Source: Dicyema japonicum (lineage: Eukaryota > Animalia > Dicyemida). Taken from it: DNA of 64,000 bases. The notes under the pieces were generated by a model. That model ran no database searches and was not told the DNA's origin. It saw nothing but the letters and a program-made list of their open reading frames with translations. The stretch is from contig RDEW01000055.1 in the NCBI GenBank assembly GCA_011109175.1, positions 201,516 to 265,515 on the forward strand, in the 5' to 3' direction. Within the stretch, counting starts at the first letter, position 1. Each line of letters starts with the position of its first letter. Below are positions 11,594 to 24,046 of the stretch, one piece after another. The position numbers and the translations under genes were made by a program.

Positions 11594-13101
11594 AGTCGCT
11601 TCCCTTGGTGGCTACGTGTCCCATGCTGGTTACATACACCTGTCAATCACTATCAGATGTCATGATTAATGTTGGTTTATCATTTTACTCGTTTCGGACA
11701 TATACATTATATTTTGGCGTAATTCATAAATCTTCAACATGGGTTCTATAACTTGTTTATCTCTTTAATTGATAATAATAGGCTTTTTCAAATATTTTAT
11801 TGAATATCAATCCTTTGTGAGCATTCTAAATGGTGATCCTGTACTTACAATTTCAAGACATCAAAATACAAATTAATGATAAAATCCGAGAAATTTATTG
11901 TCATTGATGGTCGATTAAACCTCAAATACGAAAAATTTGAAAACAAACACTAGCTATTTGCATGGATAACGAGTCTGAACTATTGCAGTCTATCCATAGA
12001 AATAGCCATTCAGGAATTCCTAAACTGTAACAAGAATGTTTGCACTCCTATTTTTAATAAAACTGAAATTTATTAAAAGAATTGATCAAGAGTGCACAAT
12101 TTGCATGTTTTCTATTTCAGTTAAAGTTGAAAATTAATTTATATAATAGGTTTCCGATTCTAAATACCATGTGTTTGCCAAAAGACTTAATTAACGATTT
12201 CATGCAGACCACAAATGAAACTCCATTTATTAAACCTAGAGAATTTTCAGGAATAAACAAACTCATTCGTGAGTATAAAAGTTTATTATTTTTAATTTCA
12301 TAGAAAATGAGAGTTCGGATGATGCTTTTCCATGATCATCAGAGGATATTAGCCTGGACATATTTCAGATGATTCAGGTATTTATTGTATAAAGTATGCT
12401 TATAACTAAGATTCAGATCATTTTGATCTTAATCTTTTTCCAGATATCCAAATTCAGCCTATCTTAAGCGGATGAACTAAAGAGTGAACGTCCATCAGTC
12501 AAAATATGATTTTTATTATTGGAAATGAAGTATTTTTAGTGAATAAATTTAGATACGAGTTTTAAGGATTATGGGACTAATCCATCGCTAAAGTTTATCA
12601 GATTTGAATTTCCATATGAAGAGCCACGTGAAATTACTCAAATTTTGACAAACAACCGAATAGAGGTTTATTTAAATTTGCTATCACACATTAAGCCACG
12701 TTCAGGAGAATTGAAAATAGTCAGCATGAGTCAAGTCAAGAAAATATAGACTTAAAAAATAAATTCTTTGATTTTTGATTTTTTTAAACAAAATAATTTT
12801 TTAACAAATAAACAAATGTCAGTTGAGGAAGCCTGCTGCGTGGATTGCGAACGAGTTCCCTCTAGTATGGCCACTTCAATCTTTTGTATTAGCCATAACC
12901 CTTCTTGTTGATCCCTTTTCTTTCTGGCAAGCATTCCTCCGACTACTCGCAAGAACTCAGCCGTCATTGGACCAACGGCTCCCGATGATTCGGTCATTTT
13001 TGATTAGATACCAATTAATATTGATTGAATGACAGGTGACATGTTAATTGACAGGTGAAATGTAACCACCAAGGGATGGGTAACCCGTACGGGACGCGAC
13101 A
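11594..13101 (+). mobile_element. TIR DNA transposon with a decayed integrase H2C2 zinc domain (Ginger-like)
   Basis: Imperfect inverted ends (agtcgcttccc..cccttggtgg..cacctgtcaat and its reverse complement ending gggacgcgaca); 5-bp TSD CAATA at 11589-93 and 13102-06; internal SIHRNSHSGIPKL..QECTIC. Confidence 0.7.
12790..12997 (-). mobile_element. CRE-like element 3' end nested in the TIR element
   Basis: ESSGAVGPMTAEFLR..GGMLARKKRDQ, near-identical to 60018-60190. Confidence 0.85.
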
Positions 13102-13499
13102 CAATACCTTTGAAAATTATACATTGAAACTTGTGTGAACATGTTTACGTTTATCACTTCTGTTTTGTTTAATCGATTTTTGAGCTGTTAATAAAATATT
13201 CATATAAAGCACGATCGGATTTAATCCTTTTAATTTTATAAATTATTTTTTTAAATATCTACATTTTCATGTAGTTCAACCGATAAATCATCGTGACAAA
13301 AAATGTTCCCGTGATAAATGAGATGGATAAATATCGTATTTTTACTTAAAAATTTTAAAATGCACTACATTTTCCGACCATTGCTATGTCAATACTATAT
13401 TATGTGTTTATAGATGTGATTTAAATTCGATAAAAGTTAAAATCTTGTGTGTCGACTTTTAATGATTTAAATGTAACTAATTTGGCCACATATGCCCAA

Positions 13500-13860
13500 A
13501 ACTAAGGTTTTCCATATATCTTGATAAATCAACAAACAGAACATTATTTTTAAGTAATCAGTTAGTTCTCTAATAATTATTTTTTATTCCTACTGTTTCT
13601 TTTTGAATTCATAAAAACCATGAAATAGTCTGCAATCAAATCTAGGATTTCGGTATTTTCTGATATTAATGGTTCGAAATTTTCCCCAGTGTAGCTACAG
13701 CAAAGATGGAGAGTAACTCTATCCTTTTTCCTATTAAAGCTACGCGCAGATACATCAGTATTCACAAATGATTTACGTAGAGCAAGTTTGATAAAAAGTG
13801 CAATTTTGTCACAATTAAAATGTTCTCCTTTTATATGAGTTGAGTAATATTATTAACACT
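13500..13860 (-). mobile_element. pogo/Tigger DDE_1 transposase remnant
   Basis: FNCDKIALF..KKDRVTLHLCCSYTGENFEPLI. Confidence 0.7.
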
Positions 13861-13889
13861 TTCACGAGAGACGTAATATTTATATCCTC

Positions 13890-15400
13890 ACATCTGTAGC
13901 AAAAAATATAAGAGAAAGAGTTTTTTGCTCCAAGCTCTTCTGTTCTTATCCATATCCCTCAGTGTGTCCAGGTCGTCACCAGATGCCAATTTTTTCTTTA
14001 TGGATTTCAGATCGTTTTGTAAAACAACCAGGAGGGTTGTTCTCGGTTTTCCACGAAAGCGTTTTACATGGGAGGAGTAGTAATCTTCCATGGCGATATT
14101 CGGGGGATGTAGGGTCCAACTTCTGAACGTGTCCAAAAAGTCTCCGACGAGAGCTAATGATCTGAGACTTATTGGTGTACAGTCACACGTATTGTACACT
14201 CATTTCCGCGAGATCTTGGAAGGCCAGGACATTCCAGTTATGTTTCTTAGATGATTCCTGTGAAAAGAGTGTAGCCTCTCCAATTCCTCTTTTGAGGTGC
14301 CCCAGGTCCCAGAGTTGTATAGGAGGATTGGTTTGATAAAGGTGTCGTATAACATTATCCTTTATTAATGTTATTCTCTTTCTGTTTTATCCATATAGGT
14401 TTAGAGCCTTTGTAATGCCGCGTTTGCCATGGTTTTTCTCCGTATGATATCTTCACTATCTCCTAATAGGGAGCCTCATAGCGGCCTCCAAGTATATTGT
14501 AAATAGTAGCGCAGAGGGAGTCTCCCTTGAGGGGTGCCTGGGTTTGTTTCAAATTTTCGTGAGTAGGTTTTTCCAACTCTCACAGGAGCTCTGTGTTAGA
14601 TAGAAGGATTTGGATCATTCTTAGACTCGATTTGTCAATAAACCCTTCCAGCACTGTCATCAATTTGTTCCTGTTAACCGAGTCAAAGGCGTTTGATAGA
14701 TCTATTCCCAGAATGTGGGTGGCATTGCAATATCTTTATGTCTTGCACATCTCCATCTGTGAGTCCAGACTACATCAGCTGTTGTTCATCCTTCTCTGAA
14801 CCCACTTTGACTTTCAAGTAGGAATTCATAGGCGGGTCCTTTTATTCGTTCCAATACAATGTTAGCTAAGACTTTCGGTAGAGAAATTTTAATCATAAGT
14901 TTACAACCGGTCTTTTGGGTTTATTGGGTTTTGGCATAGGTATTAGTAATCCTGTTCCCAGGGGTAAAGTTGAGTTAGTTGAAAACATTTTATTTAGTAG
15001 TGTAGCGATTTTTTCAAAAATGGGTCAGGGCCGTATTTTAGTAATTCTGAATTTATCGTATCTGGTCATGCTGTTTATAGTTCCAAAATTTTAATTGGTT
15101 TTTTCAAGGGTCCTTTAAATAAGGGAATTGTTGTAGTCACATTGAAAAGTTTCTCGAAATGTGTTGCAATTACCTCCGCTTGCTCTTCAGCATTCAGAAA
15201 TATCTTGCAATTTTTGTCCTTGATGATTATTCGTTCCTTCCGGTTTGTATGGCGTAGTAAACGAACGGCCAATTACATTTGTGAATTATCTTTTAGTTTG
15301 GGTTTTTCATTGATTTTGCGAAGCAGTTCTTCTTGGTGAAGTGTCTTGTTCAGTCTCCTGGTTTTTTATACGGATTTGGTCCCTCTGCGCCTGAAAGGGC
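13890..15400 (-). mobile_element. RTE-clade LINE, decayed RT to 3' end
   Basis: Frameshifted QSGFR, LGIDLSNAFDSV, GTPQGDSL and a C-terminal FRGKPRTTL homologous to 54346-55563. Confidence 0.85.
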
Positions 15401-15499
15401 TTTTCTCTTGTTATAGTCCTTTTCGTTTAGTTTTTTTTGTATGGATTTCTTTAGAAGTAATAATTCACAAAATTAAAGAAAATCAATTATAATTAATTA

Positions 15500-15910
15500 A
15501 CATTGTGCAAGCTGAATTCTTCTCTTTGGGATTGGCCCTTTGTATCACCCTCACTGTTCCCCTCGTAGACCACTTGAGAAAGCAAATCACTAGACAAGAC
15601 AGCTGTTCCTCCTGGTTCCTTTTTGACGTCACCTCCGAGTTCAGAGCCTCTTGAGATAAGATGATTAGTCACTCTTTGTAACCTCATCATCATAGTTATC
15701 AACTTTCAGCCCATGTCTATGCTCGATTATCATGCTCTCTAAAGTTTTTTAATCGTTATTAATTAAATGTGCGTTCTTGTAGAGACATCCACGTTGAGAC
15801 TTTCCATATAGGACTTGTAGTACTTTGTTACTACTCCATCTCATGTCAAAACAATCGGAATTATTGTCACCTTGGCCTTGTGAATTTGTGCTAGTTCTCC
15901 TGCCAGAATT
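15500..15910 (-). mobile_element. R4/Dong-like (REL) non-LTR element 3' fragment
   Basis: AGELAQIHKAKVTIIPIVLT*DGVVTKYYKSY, homologous to 21780-21880. Confidence 0.7.
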
Positions 15911-15984
15911 CTCCTTTACATATTAATATTTATTTTTTTTGATGAATAAACTTATAATACAAATAAAAAAAAACAAAACATCAG

Positions 15985-16075
15985 TTAGCTGCCGTCCTCA
16001 CTGCGTGGCTGTTCCCTCTCAGAATTGCAGGCGAAATTCGCTCAAACAGCCAGCGGTGTTCGCGGAATCCTCAGT
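15985..16075 (-). mobile_element. CRE-like extreme 3' end (a similar scrap at about 4690-4740)
   Basis: Matches about 47275-47370 (ctcactgcgtggctgttccctctc..gcgaaattcgctcaaa.agccagcgg). Confidence 0.65.
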
Positions 16076-16639
16076 GCATATTTAATTATAATAAAAATCG
16101 GAATCAAATCCTTATCACAAGAAGTAGATTCGATAGTGCTTTGAATTTTAATTCATACCTTTTTTTGAAATTCTCTAACCATCCATTTGAAGATTTAAAA
16201 TTGTTTAAACCCATTCTCGAAGAAACAGTTAGTCAAATTTTTAAATAGTTCCAGAAACTGGAACTTCTGCTTACTTAAACGTTGAAAAATATCCATAACT
16301 TTTTCGTCCAATCTGTTTTTATTTTTACTTTTAAATAGAGATACAAATTATTTTAACTTGAATAAATGAATCCTCTTTCGATAAATGGTAGAATATATAC
16401 GAAAAATAGTTTCCTTGCTTATTATACATGATAGATAAGTTCCTCTCAAAGTGTTCCTTTTTAAATAGATGATCTGCAATCTTCAATTTTGTTTCACGAT
16501 TAAATGAATTATTATATGTCGAGCCACAGACATTCTCTTAATCATTATCTAAATAAATAAAAAAATGTCAATCATTGTCAAAAATAAAATAATCAATTAT
16601 TTCAAAGTAAACATTAACTAATTATTGATAATTATTATT

Positions 16640-17400
16640 TTAAGGGGTTTAGAATGCACCTTCTTCACAATTCCCTCACTATCTTTAACATTGACAAAAT
16701 TGTGGGACAGTTTTGCAACAATAGTGACAGCATCTCAGTAGGGATGCTCAAATCTTAGCAGACGTAGTGAAGGATTAGTTCCATACTCCTTCTGAATACG
16801 AATCTTTTAAGTAATAATAAATTGAATACACTATCTCCAATGTTAAAATCATATTTCGATCGATGCACTCTCATCTGTTTATTCATCCTTTTTATAATAA
16901 TAAGAATTCAAGTCTACCCGAGGAAAATCAAATTTGTAATCAATAATAACCTTGTAAAATTATAGACAAAAAACCTTTACTAAATGTATCGGGGCTGTCT
17001 ATACCGTCAGATTCTGTTAATTCAGCAATATCATCCACAAGTTCCATCTTGTCTTCAACGTCTGTCTCCGTTACAGTATTTTTCACAATGGTATTGTAGC
17101 CCGGAATCCCTCGATACTCTGAAAATCTACAATAATAGCTAATAAACTTTTAAGATCAATAAGATCAATAAGATCAATTTGAAATCTCTCATTAGGAAAA
17201 TCAGCAACAATATGACTAAAATTGTCATATTGCAAACATTGCAGTTTTTTACAACTTGACGAATAACAGTTCTTTTGATAGCGCAAAATCTCATATGACA
17301 AAGCGCATCCAGAACGTTATGTCCACGATGATTTTTCTGGTGAATCTCCTGAGCACTAGTCCTCATTTCTCACGTTAACCTAATTGCCCAGTTTTGTCCA
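16640..17400 (-). mobile_element. Decayed retroviral-type integrase (Ginger/KRBA2-like)
   Basis: IHQKNHRGHN..VVKNCNVC (H2C2), then HIVADFPNERFQIDLID (start of the rve core); C-terminal-like remnant near 16650-16770. Confidence 0.7.
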
Positions 17401-20300
17401 TATAAGACCATTTGCTCACTTTCTTTCCTTAATAAATTGAATTTCATTTTAAAAAATTTTATTTAGTAACGATTTTTAAATTAAAGAAAACATCATACAC
17501 TCGCCCGGGCAGCAGAAAGTTTTGGCACGCTTAAGACAGAGGGTGATAGAGAAAACGCCTTGACTGCATGGCGATTCCCTCAACGAATCCTATCGAGATT
17601 GCTTTAAAATAAATATTAGAGGTAACTGAGATTTCCTGTGTTTTGTAAAAAAAGGATTCCCAAGACGAATTTCAATCCCTATTGATCTAATGAAATACGA
17701 CATCGTCCAAAGTTTGTTAAGAGTTCAAGAAAGAGAGAAAAATAGATAGAAAACGTCTTTCTAGAAGAAAGCAACCGAGATATGCTCTCGATCTTTTTAA
17801 AGTTAAATTAAAGTTGTAAATCAATATAATAGGTAAAAATTGAAATCTCCCCACCAAAAGAAGGTCGAAATGTGATTCTTTGTAAAGTTAAAATGAAATT
17901 ATTAAAATCAATTATGCGTTAAAATATTGATATTTTGTTATAATAAAATTTTATGCAAAAATAGAGTTAGAAAAAAAGTGTTAAGATTCATACGTTAGGG
18001 AACACGTTTATAAATTGAAATTTTGAATAAAATATTAATGCAAAATTTAGGAGATTTTATTGAAAAGACGAGTTTCTGTTCATTTCACGTGAAACCCAAT
18101 GTAATAGCACGTATCTTTAGTAAGGAAACAAATAGAGAATATAAGGTAGTTTCAGAGAGAGGTAATGATCAATTTGTTGTATTTAATATAAGATTTGAGT
18201 TTAATACTATGTTAAGGACAAAACTCGACTCTGATTACTGTATTTGATATATTTGAAAAATAGATTCAAGGTAAACACGAATTTAGGGTATTATAAGTTT
18301 ACATTTTATGAAGAGGATCAGAAAGTTTAGTGAAATATATATTTTTGTTAATTTACCTTTATGACCAATTAAACTGCTGGTTAATTAGTCAGACCGCATA
18401 TCAAATTCCAAAAGTTGTTATTAATCTTTGTTTATATTCTTTTAATGTTGGCTTAATTCCTTTAAATATGAGATCAATTATTTCATAAATCATTTAAATT
18501 ATTAAAAATTATTTTTAAAAGTGAATTAGGTCGTCCTCTTGTTGGCCAATTGAATACAAAGTACTTTGATGGTCAAAGTATATAATTGCATTAATTCTTT
18601 TAAATATGGAGAAACCTTCAGAATTCATTAAATTCATAAAAATTATTTTTATTGAAGTAAATTAAACACGGATGACTAGTAATCGTAAAATATTCTCAAT
18701 TTTTTGATTAATTAACTTTGTTGACTGAATAAACAATAAAAAAATAAGAGAATGTGTTCCAAAGATTCAAACCCTTTACAGAACAACCAAAGTCGCAAAA
18801 CATAATCATTAATAAGTCCTCTATCTATGGATGCAACGGCATGTAGGTGTTGGGGATAATGCATCGCTGTATATTCTATGTTATTTCGTAAGTAATGACA
18901 GAAGAGTTTATTATGACTAAATTCACAAAAGTAGTTGGGGCAGGTGAAAATAGATAGAAATTTCCACAGATATATGTTTAAGCAACTGTGCACTGTTTTT
19001 AAGAGTCTGTCACTTAACTTACATCCTGCGAATCCTCTTGTATGTCCATAGAGCAAGATGATAATTGAATGAATAGTTAAAAAATATGCAAGCAAAGACA
19101 CATAAAAAACTATTAAGTGTGAATAGTTTTTTTTCGATATTCAAAGTGTCAGTTGAATAAACAAGTTTTTTATGAATAATAAATTTAAAAAAAGTCTTAA
19201 AAATAAGCCTTATATTAAGCACAAAACTTTAGAATCAATTAAAAAGTTTAATTTAACCAAATTACTCATAGTCATATTACACGCTTCAAAAATAATTACT
19301 AATTAACTTAAGCATATAAGCGAATTTGTAAACGATTTTTTTGCAATTTTGAAAATGAATTTTCTGTTTTTTTCATTGTTTTGTGCTTTTGTGGTAGTTT
19401 CTTTTAAACATTTTAGATAACAGGTTCTTAACAAAAAAATTTGATATCGGCATTGTTGTTGACTACAACTTTGTTTCATTTAATATTTTATAATAGCAAA
19501 GAACATTCGGCTTTAATCATGCCAATATAGAGAATTACATAATTAAGATGTTCAGGTTGTCTCAAAAAGTATGCAATTACTCATATTTCAGTATTTTGGC
19601 ACACTCAAAATAGAATTAATTTAAAAAAATTTATTACACAAACGATGTTACCCCAAACGATTTTCAAAGCAGTTGCATACGCATAATAAACTATTTAAAT
19701 GGGGTTGACGCAGTTTTATATTTCAAGTAATTATTAAAACTAATTTTTAGAAATGGTAATTTAAAATCAACTTCTGTGGAGTTATAATGGGGATCGCATT
19801 GATAGGAACTGTTTGCACAAATAACGCGGTAGGAATAGTAATGAAAAAATTCACCGATGAAAAGACTTCAGAGGTTATGTCTCATGAATTATTCCACGTT
19901 CTTGGGTTTAATCACGTCGGCTTTACTCAGAGTAATTGTAATAATAATTGTTTAATGAATCCTAGTATTAATGACAATCAGTATAAATTTAATAATTTTT
20001 AGACATGTATCAAAATTAACAATCGACACTGGGCATAGACTAGAAAACACATGGTGGTGCCTTGAAACAGGTAATGACTTTTTTTAATTTTTGTCGCTGT
20101 TTATAATAGTGCTCCCGATAATGAAGGGACAACCTCCAATGAGTCGAATGGAGTTAATTTCTGGATTTTCTATTTGTTTTTTATTACCCTCCAACTAATC
20201 AATGACCTTTTTCTTTTCATGGTACTATTACTTATATATAATTTAGGATCTTAATTAGATTATTTCTCTTACTAATTATCTAATAATTTTACTACTAATA
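17400..20300 (+). repeat. Protease cassette segmental duplication, copy 3
   Basis: Near-identical to copies 1 and 2; retains about 170 bp (about 18805-18970) deleted in copies 1 and 2 but present in copy 4. Confidence 0.92.
19355..20258 (+). CDS. Small secreted-type metzincin metalloprotease, paralog 3
   Basis: Same exon/intron structure; HELFHVLGFNH and CLMNP; stops at 20087 if intron 6 is retained; several homopolymer indels. Confidence 0.87.
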
Positions 20301-20340
20301 ATTTTTTTTCTAATTTCTTTATAAATTTTGCAACTGAATT

Positions 20341-20393
20341 GGATGTTAATAGCCGCGTGCCAACATGTGGTGCTTCGTAGCTAATTGATTGAT
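20341..20393 (+). mobile_element. Head-only copy D of the short Vingi-derived element
   Basis: cgcgtgccaacatgtggtgcttcgtagctaattgattg matches the reverse complement of 5840-5877. Confidence 0.6.
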
Positions 20394-20439
20394 TAAATTT
20401 AATAAATTAATTTCATTAAGTTATTTAATAATACTATGT

Positions 20440-22085
20440 GCCTAGTTTGCTCTCCGAATGACTTACGGCCAATTACGTGCATGATTATTTTGTACAAATT
20501 TGTCACAAAATGTGTTAATGCAAAACTTACGGATTATATTGATGGGTTCAATCTTATCTCGGATAATCAGCTTGGAGCAAGAAGGCAGTGCCAAGGTGCA
20601 AAAGAGCAGGCTTTAATAAATCAGTCTGTTAATGCTGAACATGGAAATAGCTTTTTCACAACATGGATCGATGTGAAGAATGCTTTCGATTCTGTCAATC
20701 ATGAATTTTTGTGTCGGCTTCTTGATAGCTCTGGAGTTCCTTAATTGATTGTAAGTTTATCAAGAATCTAATAAGCAAGTGGAATATCATTTTGAACCTT
20801 AACAAAAAAAGGATTGGAAAGATCAATCTCAGGAGAGGAATCTTGCAAGGAGACTCACTCTCTCCTTAGCTGTTTACTCTGGTAATGGACCCACTAAACC
20901 GAATATTAAATATAAAATTCTCGAAGATATGTATTGATCAGAGTGATCCGTCTATTGTGACATATGCGACTAACCATTTTCTTATTTTAATATCTGGGTG
21001 TTGTTGGCCTTAAAAGAAACTGCAAAAAGTCTGCAACTAATTTGAAATGTGCAAAGATACAAATTATCTGAATGGTTGTGAGTGATATCGCTATCTTGGA
21101 GTGTTAGAAAATAAAAAGAGTAAGGTTATGAAAGACAAAGTTATGGAAAAAATTGATGAAAATGTGAATAAAAGGAGAGATGCTGGCGAATTTGAAATTA
21201 AACGCTGTAAACTTGTTTAAATGATAAATGAATACGCACTCTCGCTATATAATTATTCCTAGCATTAAATTAGTATGCTGTCTCACTGCTAATGTGTGTC
21301 TGCTAGGATGCACGCCATAATAACGACCAAGAAACAACTCACCTCGATCGGAGGCACTGTACACGTATATGCAAGACCGCAATATTTTTGGGGTCGATCA
21401 ACAAATACATGTTTCCATTTTAAGTCAAGGAGCATGTCGGTTGATCATTTTGCCCCTCGATGTGGATCCATGCTCTGCCACGACTATGTGTGGAGGCATA
21501 ACGAGGTAGTAAGGAGATCTTCTACTATGCAATAAGTATGGTATTCGGCACACCAGAAAAGTTGCGGACTCATAAGGTGCAATCTGTAGTAGAGAACACC
21601 AGAGTCCAAATTAAGGTAGACAGTGTTATTCGTATCTCGGTGCTAGTCAAGCACAATAAACCGGACATTGTGGTACACGATAAGGAGTCTGGCCAAGTCC
21701 TTATCATAGAGGTTTGCATCACGTTTAAGACCGTTTGCAGACTGGAAGTGGAGAAAAAAAGGAAGTATGACTTGCTTGCAAACGAGATGGGGCAGATGCT
21801 TGGTTGCAAGATCCTCGTTATTCCTATAGTAATGACGTAAGATGAAATTGCAACAAAGTACAACAAGGGTTATCTGAAGCAGTTAAGGGTAGATAGAAAG
21901 CTCCAGGCCTATTTTCAGTCCACTGTATCAAAGCGGACCCTAGAGAGCCTGACAATGGAGTATAAGAGACAGAGCCCGGAGATGCCTTATGGGCAGAGGG
22001 TTCAATTGGACAAGGCGCTCTCGGAGTTGTTTCAGCAACCAGAATCGAACCTGTTGAGGAGGCTGGCGAACAGGCAGGCGAGGAA
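20440..22085 (+). mobile_element. R4/Dong-like non-LTR retrotransposon (RT plus CCHC plus REL endonuclease), decayed
   Basis: RPITC, NQLG, WIDVKNAFDSV, RGILQGDSLSP, CGSMLCHDYVWRHNEV, HNKPDIV, EKKRKYDLLANE. Confidence 0.88.
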
Positions 22086-22094
22086 GGCTTTTTT

Positions 22095-22890
22095 ATTCAT
22101 TTTTTTATTTATTTAACCCAAGACCACGGTAAACAAAACTAATTATCACGTGAACCCGATGCATTTTAACAAAGACCTCATCTTTGCCCGTCGTTCTTCC
22201 TTCGTGCCCGCGCATGAACGTACAGGTCGGCTGCTTGAATTTTCAGGGCCAATTTCCCGTGATCTGGAGTCAAGTCTCATAAGGGCCTCCAGAGGCGTGG
22301 TCCGGGTCGATGATCTTCACAAATCCAACGCTCCGTTACTATGTAAGCCTTCTTTTGGATTTCCTCAATTTTCCTCATATTTGTCCAAGATATGGACGGA
22401 CCCCACGAGGCGCATGTATATGAGAAACATGGCTCGATGTATTGTTTGTATACGTTCATAAAGAATGGGTGAGTATCACTCTTCCATATTCCCGATAAAC
22501 TTTTCAATACGTTCAGTTTCTTCTCGCATTTCAATAGAATGTTTTCTACGTGAGGTGTTAAACAGAGATGCATATCAATTGTTACACCCAAGATCCTTTG
22601 ACATCTGTGGAAAGGGATGCCGACCTTGTTTAACTTCAAGGTGACTGTCTTCCTTCCCAATTTTTTGTCCGAGGTAAATAGTGACGTAGACGACTTCTCT
22701 GCATTCACCACAAGCCGGTTTTCCATCATCCAGGCATTAAGCCTGTCCAGGTTAATTTGTATTCTTTCTGTGGCCCTCTGGATGTTTTGATCTCGCGAAG
22801 CCAACACAATATCATCCGTATAGGATAGTAGAACATCACATATCAGATTCAAGACTCGGGATATCAGCCAGAAAGAGGTTAAACAGGTTG
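22095..22890 (-). mobile_element. Ingi/Vingi-like LINE, 5'-truncated (RT C-terminal half to 3' tail)
   Basis: SYTDDIVLASRD..QINLDRLNAW, same family as 7688-8428; ends cttgggttaaataaataaaaaa. Confidence 0.88.
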
Positions 22891-24046
22891 TTGATTATTA
22901 AATATTAACTTTTTATTGTTGGTTAAATAAAGTGGGTTATTATTAAAAAGCACTCCCGGGAAAACTTAAAATAAGTTAAGTTTTCCTTGTGCCGTATTCC
23001 GAATCATCCTTTCCGTCAGCTCCCTTGTGCCGTATTCGAATCAGCCGTTGCGCATTAGTTCTCTAGGTAGTCCACGTGTCCGTTATTTTCATTATAATGA
23101 CAGATGCTGCTCACACTATTGTAACACAGCGAGTCAGATTTTGATGGACTGAAAATCGGAAACCATAATGTCGGCAGACGAGTGGGAGGGTAAAAAGGTG
23201 GAATCTGCCAAACAGTTCTGTTTATTGTACGGTCGTTTTTGTCTCTTGTAAACAGCAGACAGAGATGTCATATTTTGTTAGATCGCATGCCAGTTGGTGT
23301 TTCTGTAAGGTTGATCAAGTCTTCTGCAATTAAAAGATCCCAGAGTGAACGGAGAAGTCGGTAAGGAATACGAATAAGACATAGTGCAATAGAGGCGTCG
23401 TCACCACCTCCACCAAAAAGATTTTGTTTAAAAATTAAAACATAAATTAACCAACCTAGAAGTTGACCGACATAATAAGCACTAACGTGTTCATTAGCAT
23501 ATCATGTCATTGTTATTATTTATGTCCTTGATCACAAAAATACAACTCGAACCCTTTATATTATTGCATGGAGACTTTATATTGACAAATGCAACAACTC
23601 TTGTATTTACAAGTAATAATAGACCAATGAATTATTAAGTGAAATATCTAAATGACTACAGTGGTAAATCTATTAGAATCGTAAAAAAAATTTATTGCTC
23701 GACGTTTTTGTTAAAGTTTCAAAGAAATATTACATGACAATAAAAATTGGGATAAATTCTAGTAATTTATGTTTACCATCAAAGTAAACCCCAGGATGTA
23801 GTCCTCCCAAGAATCAAATTTAAAGGACATTATAGATGTGGGCATATTTCTTTAAGGTTTGAAAATTATTATTTTCTCAAAATCTATTCATTGATAAGGT
23901 TCGAATCTAATTTATCCCAGTTAATTCCCTTAATGATACCATCTACTCATGTTCAATTTTGGTATTTTATTGCCTTTAACCAAGTCAAAGCTGTTTTAAG
24001 TGGGTATTTTAAAATCACGTACATTGGTGAAAATGTAAATTGTAAT

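Noticed and set aside
18712-19101. 129-aa minus-strand ORF as a divergent partner gene
   Set aside because: The frame is broken by stops, deletions or insertions in the other three cassette copies, and no domain motif was found.
22985-23043. Two 22-nt direct repeats (ccttgtgccgtattc(c)gaatca) as a CRISPR-like array
   Set aside because: Only two units, in a eukaryotic context with no cas genes; more likely a transposon subterminal repeat.
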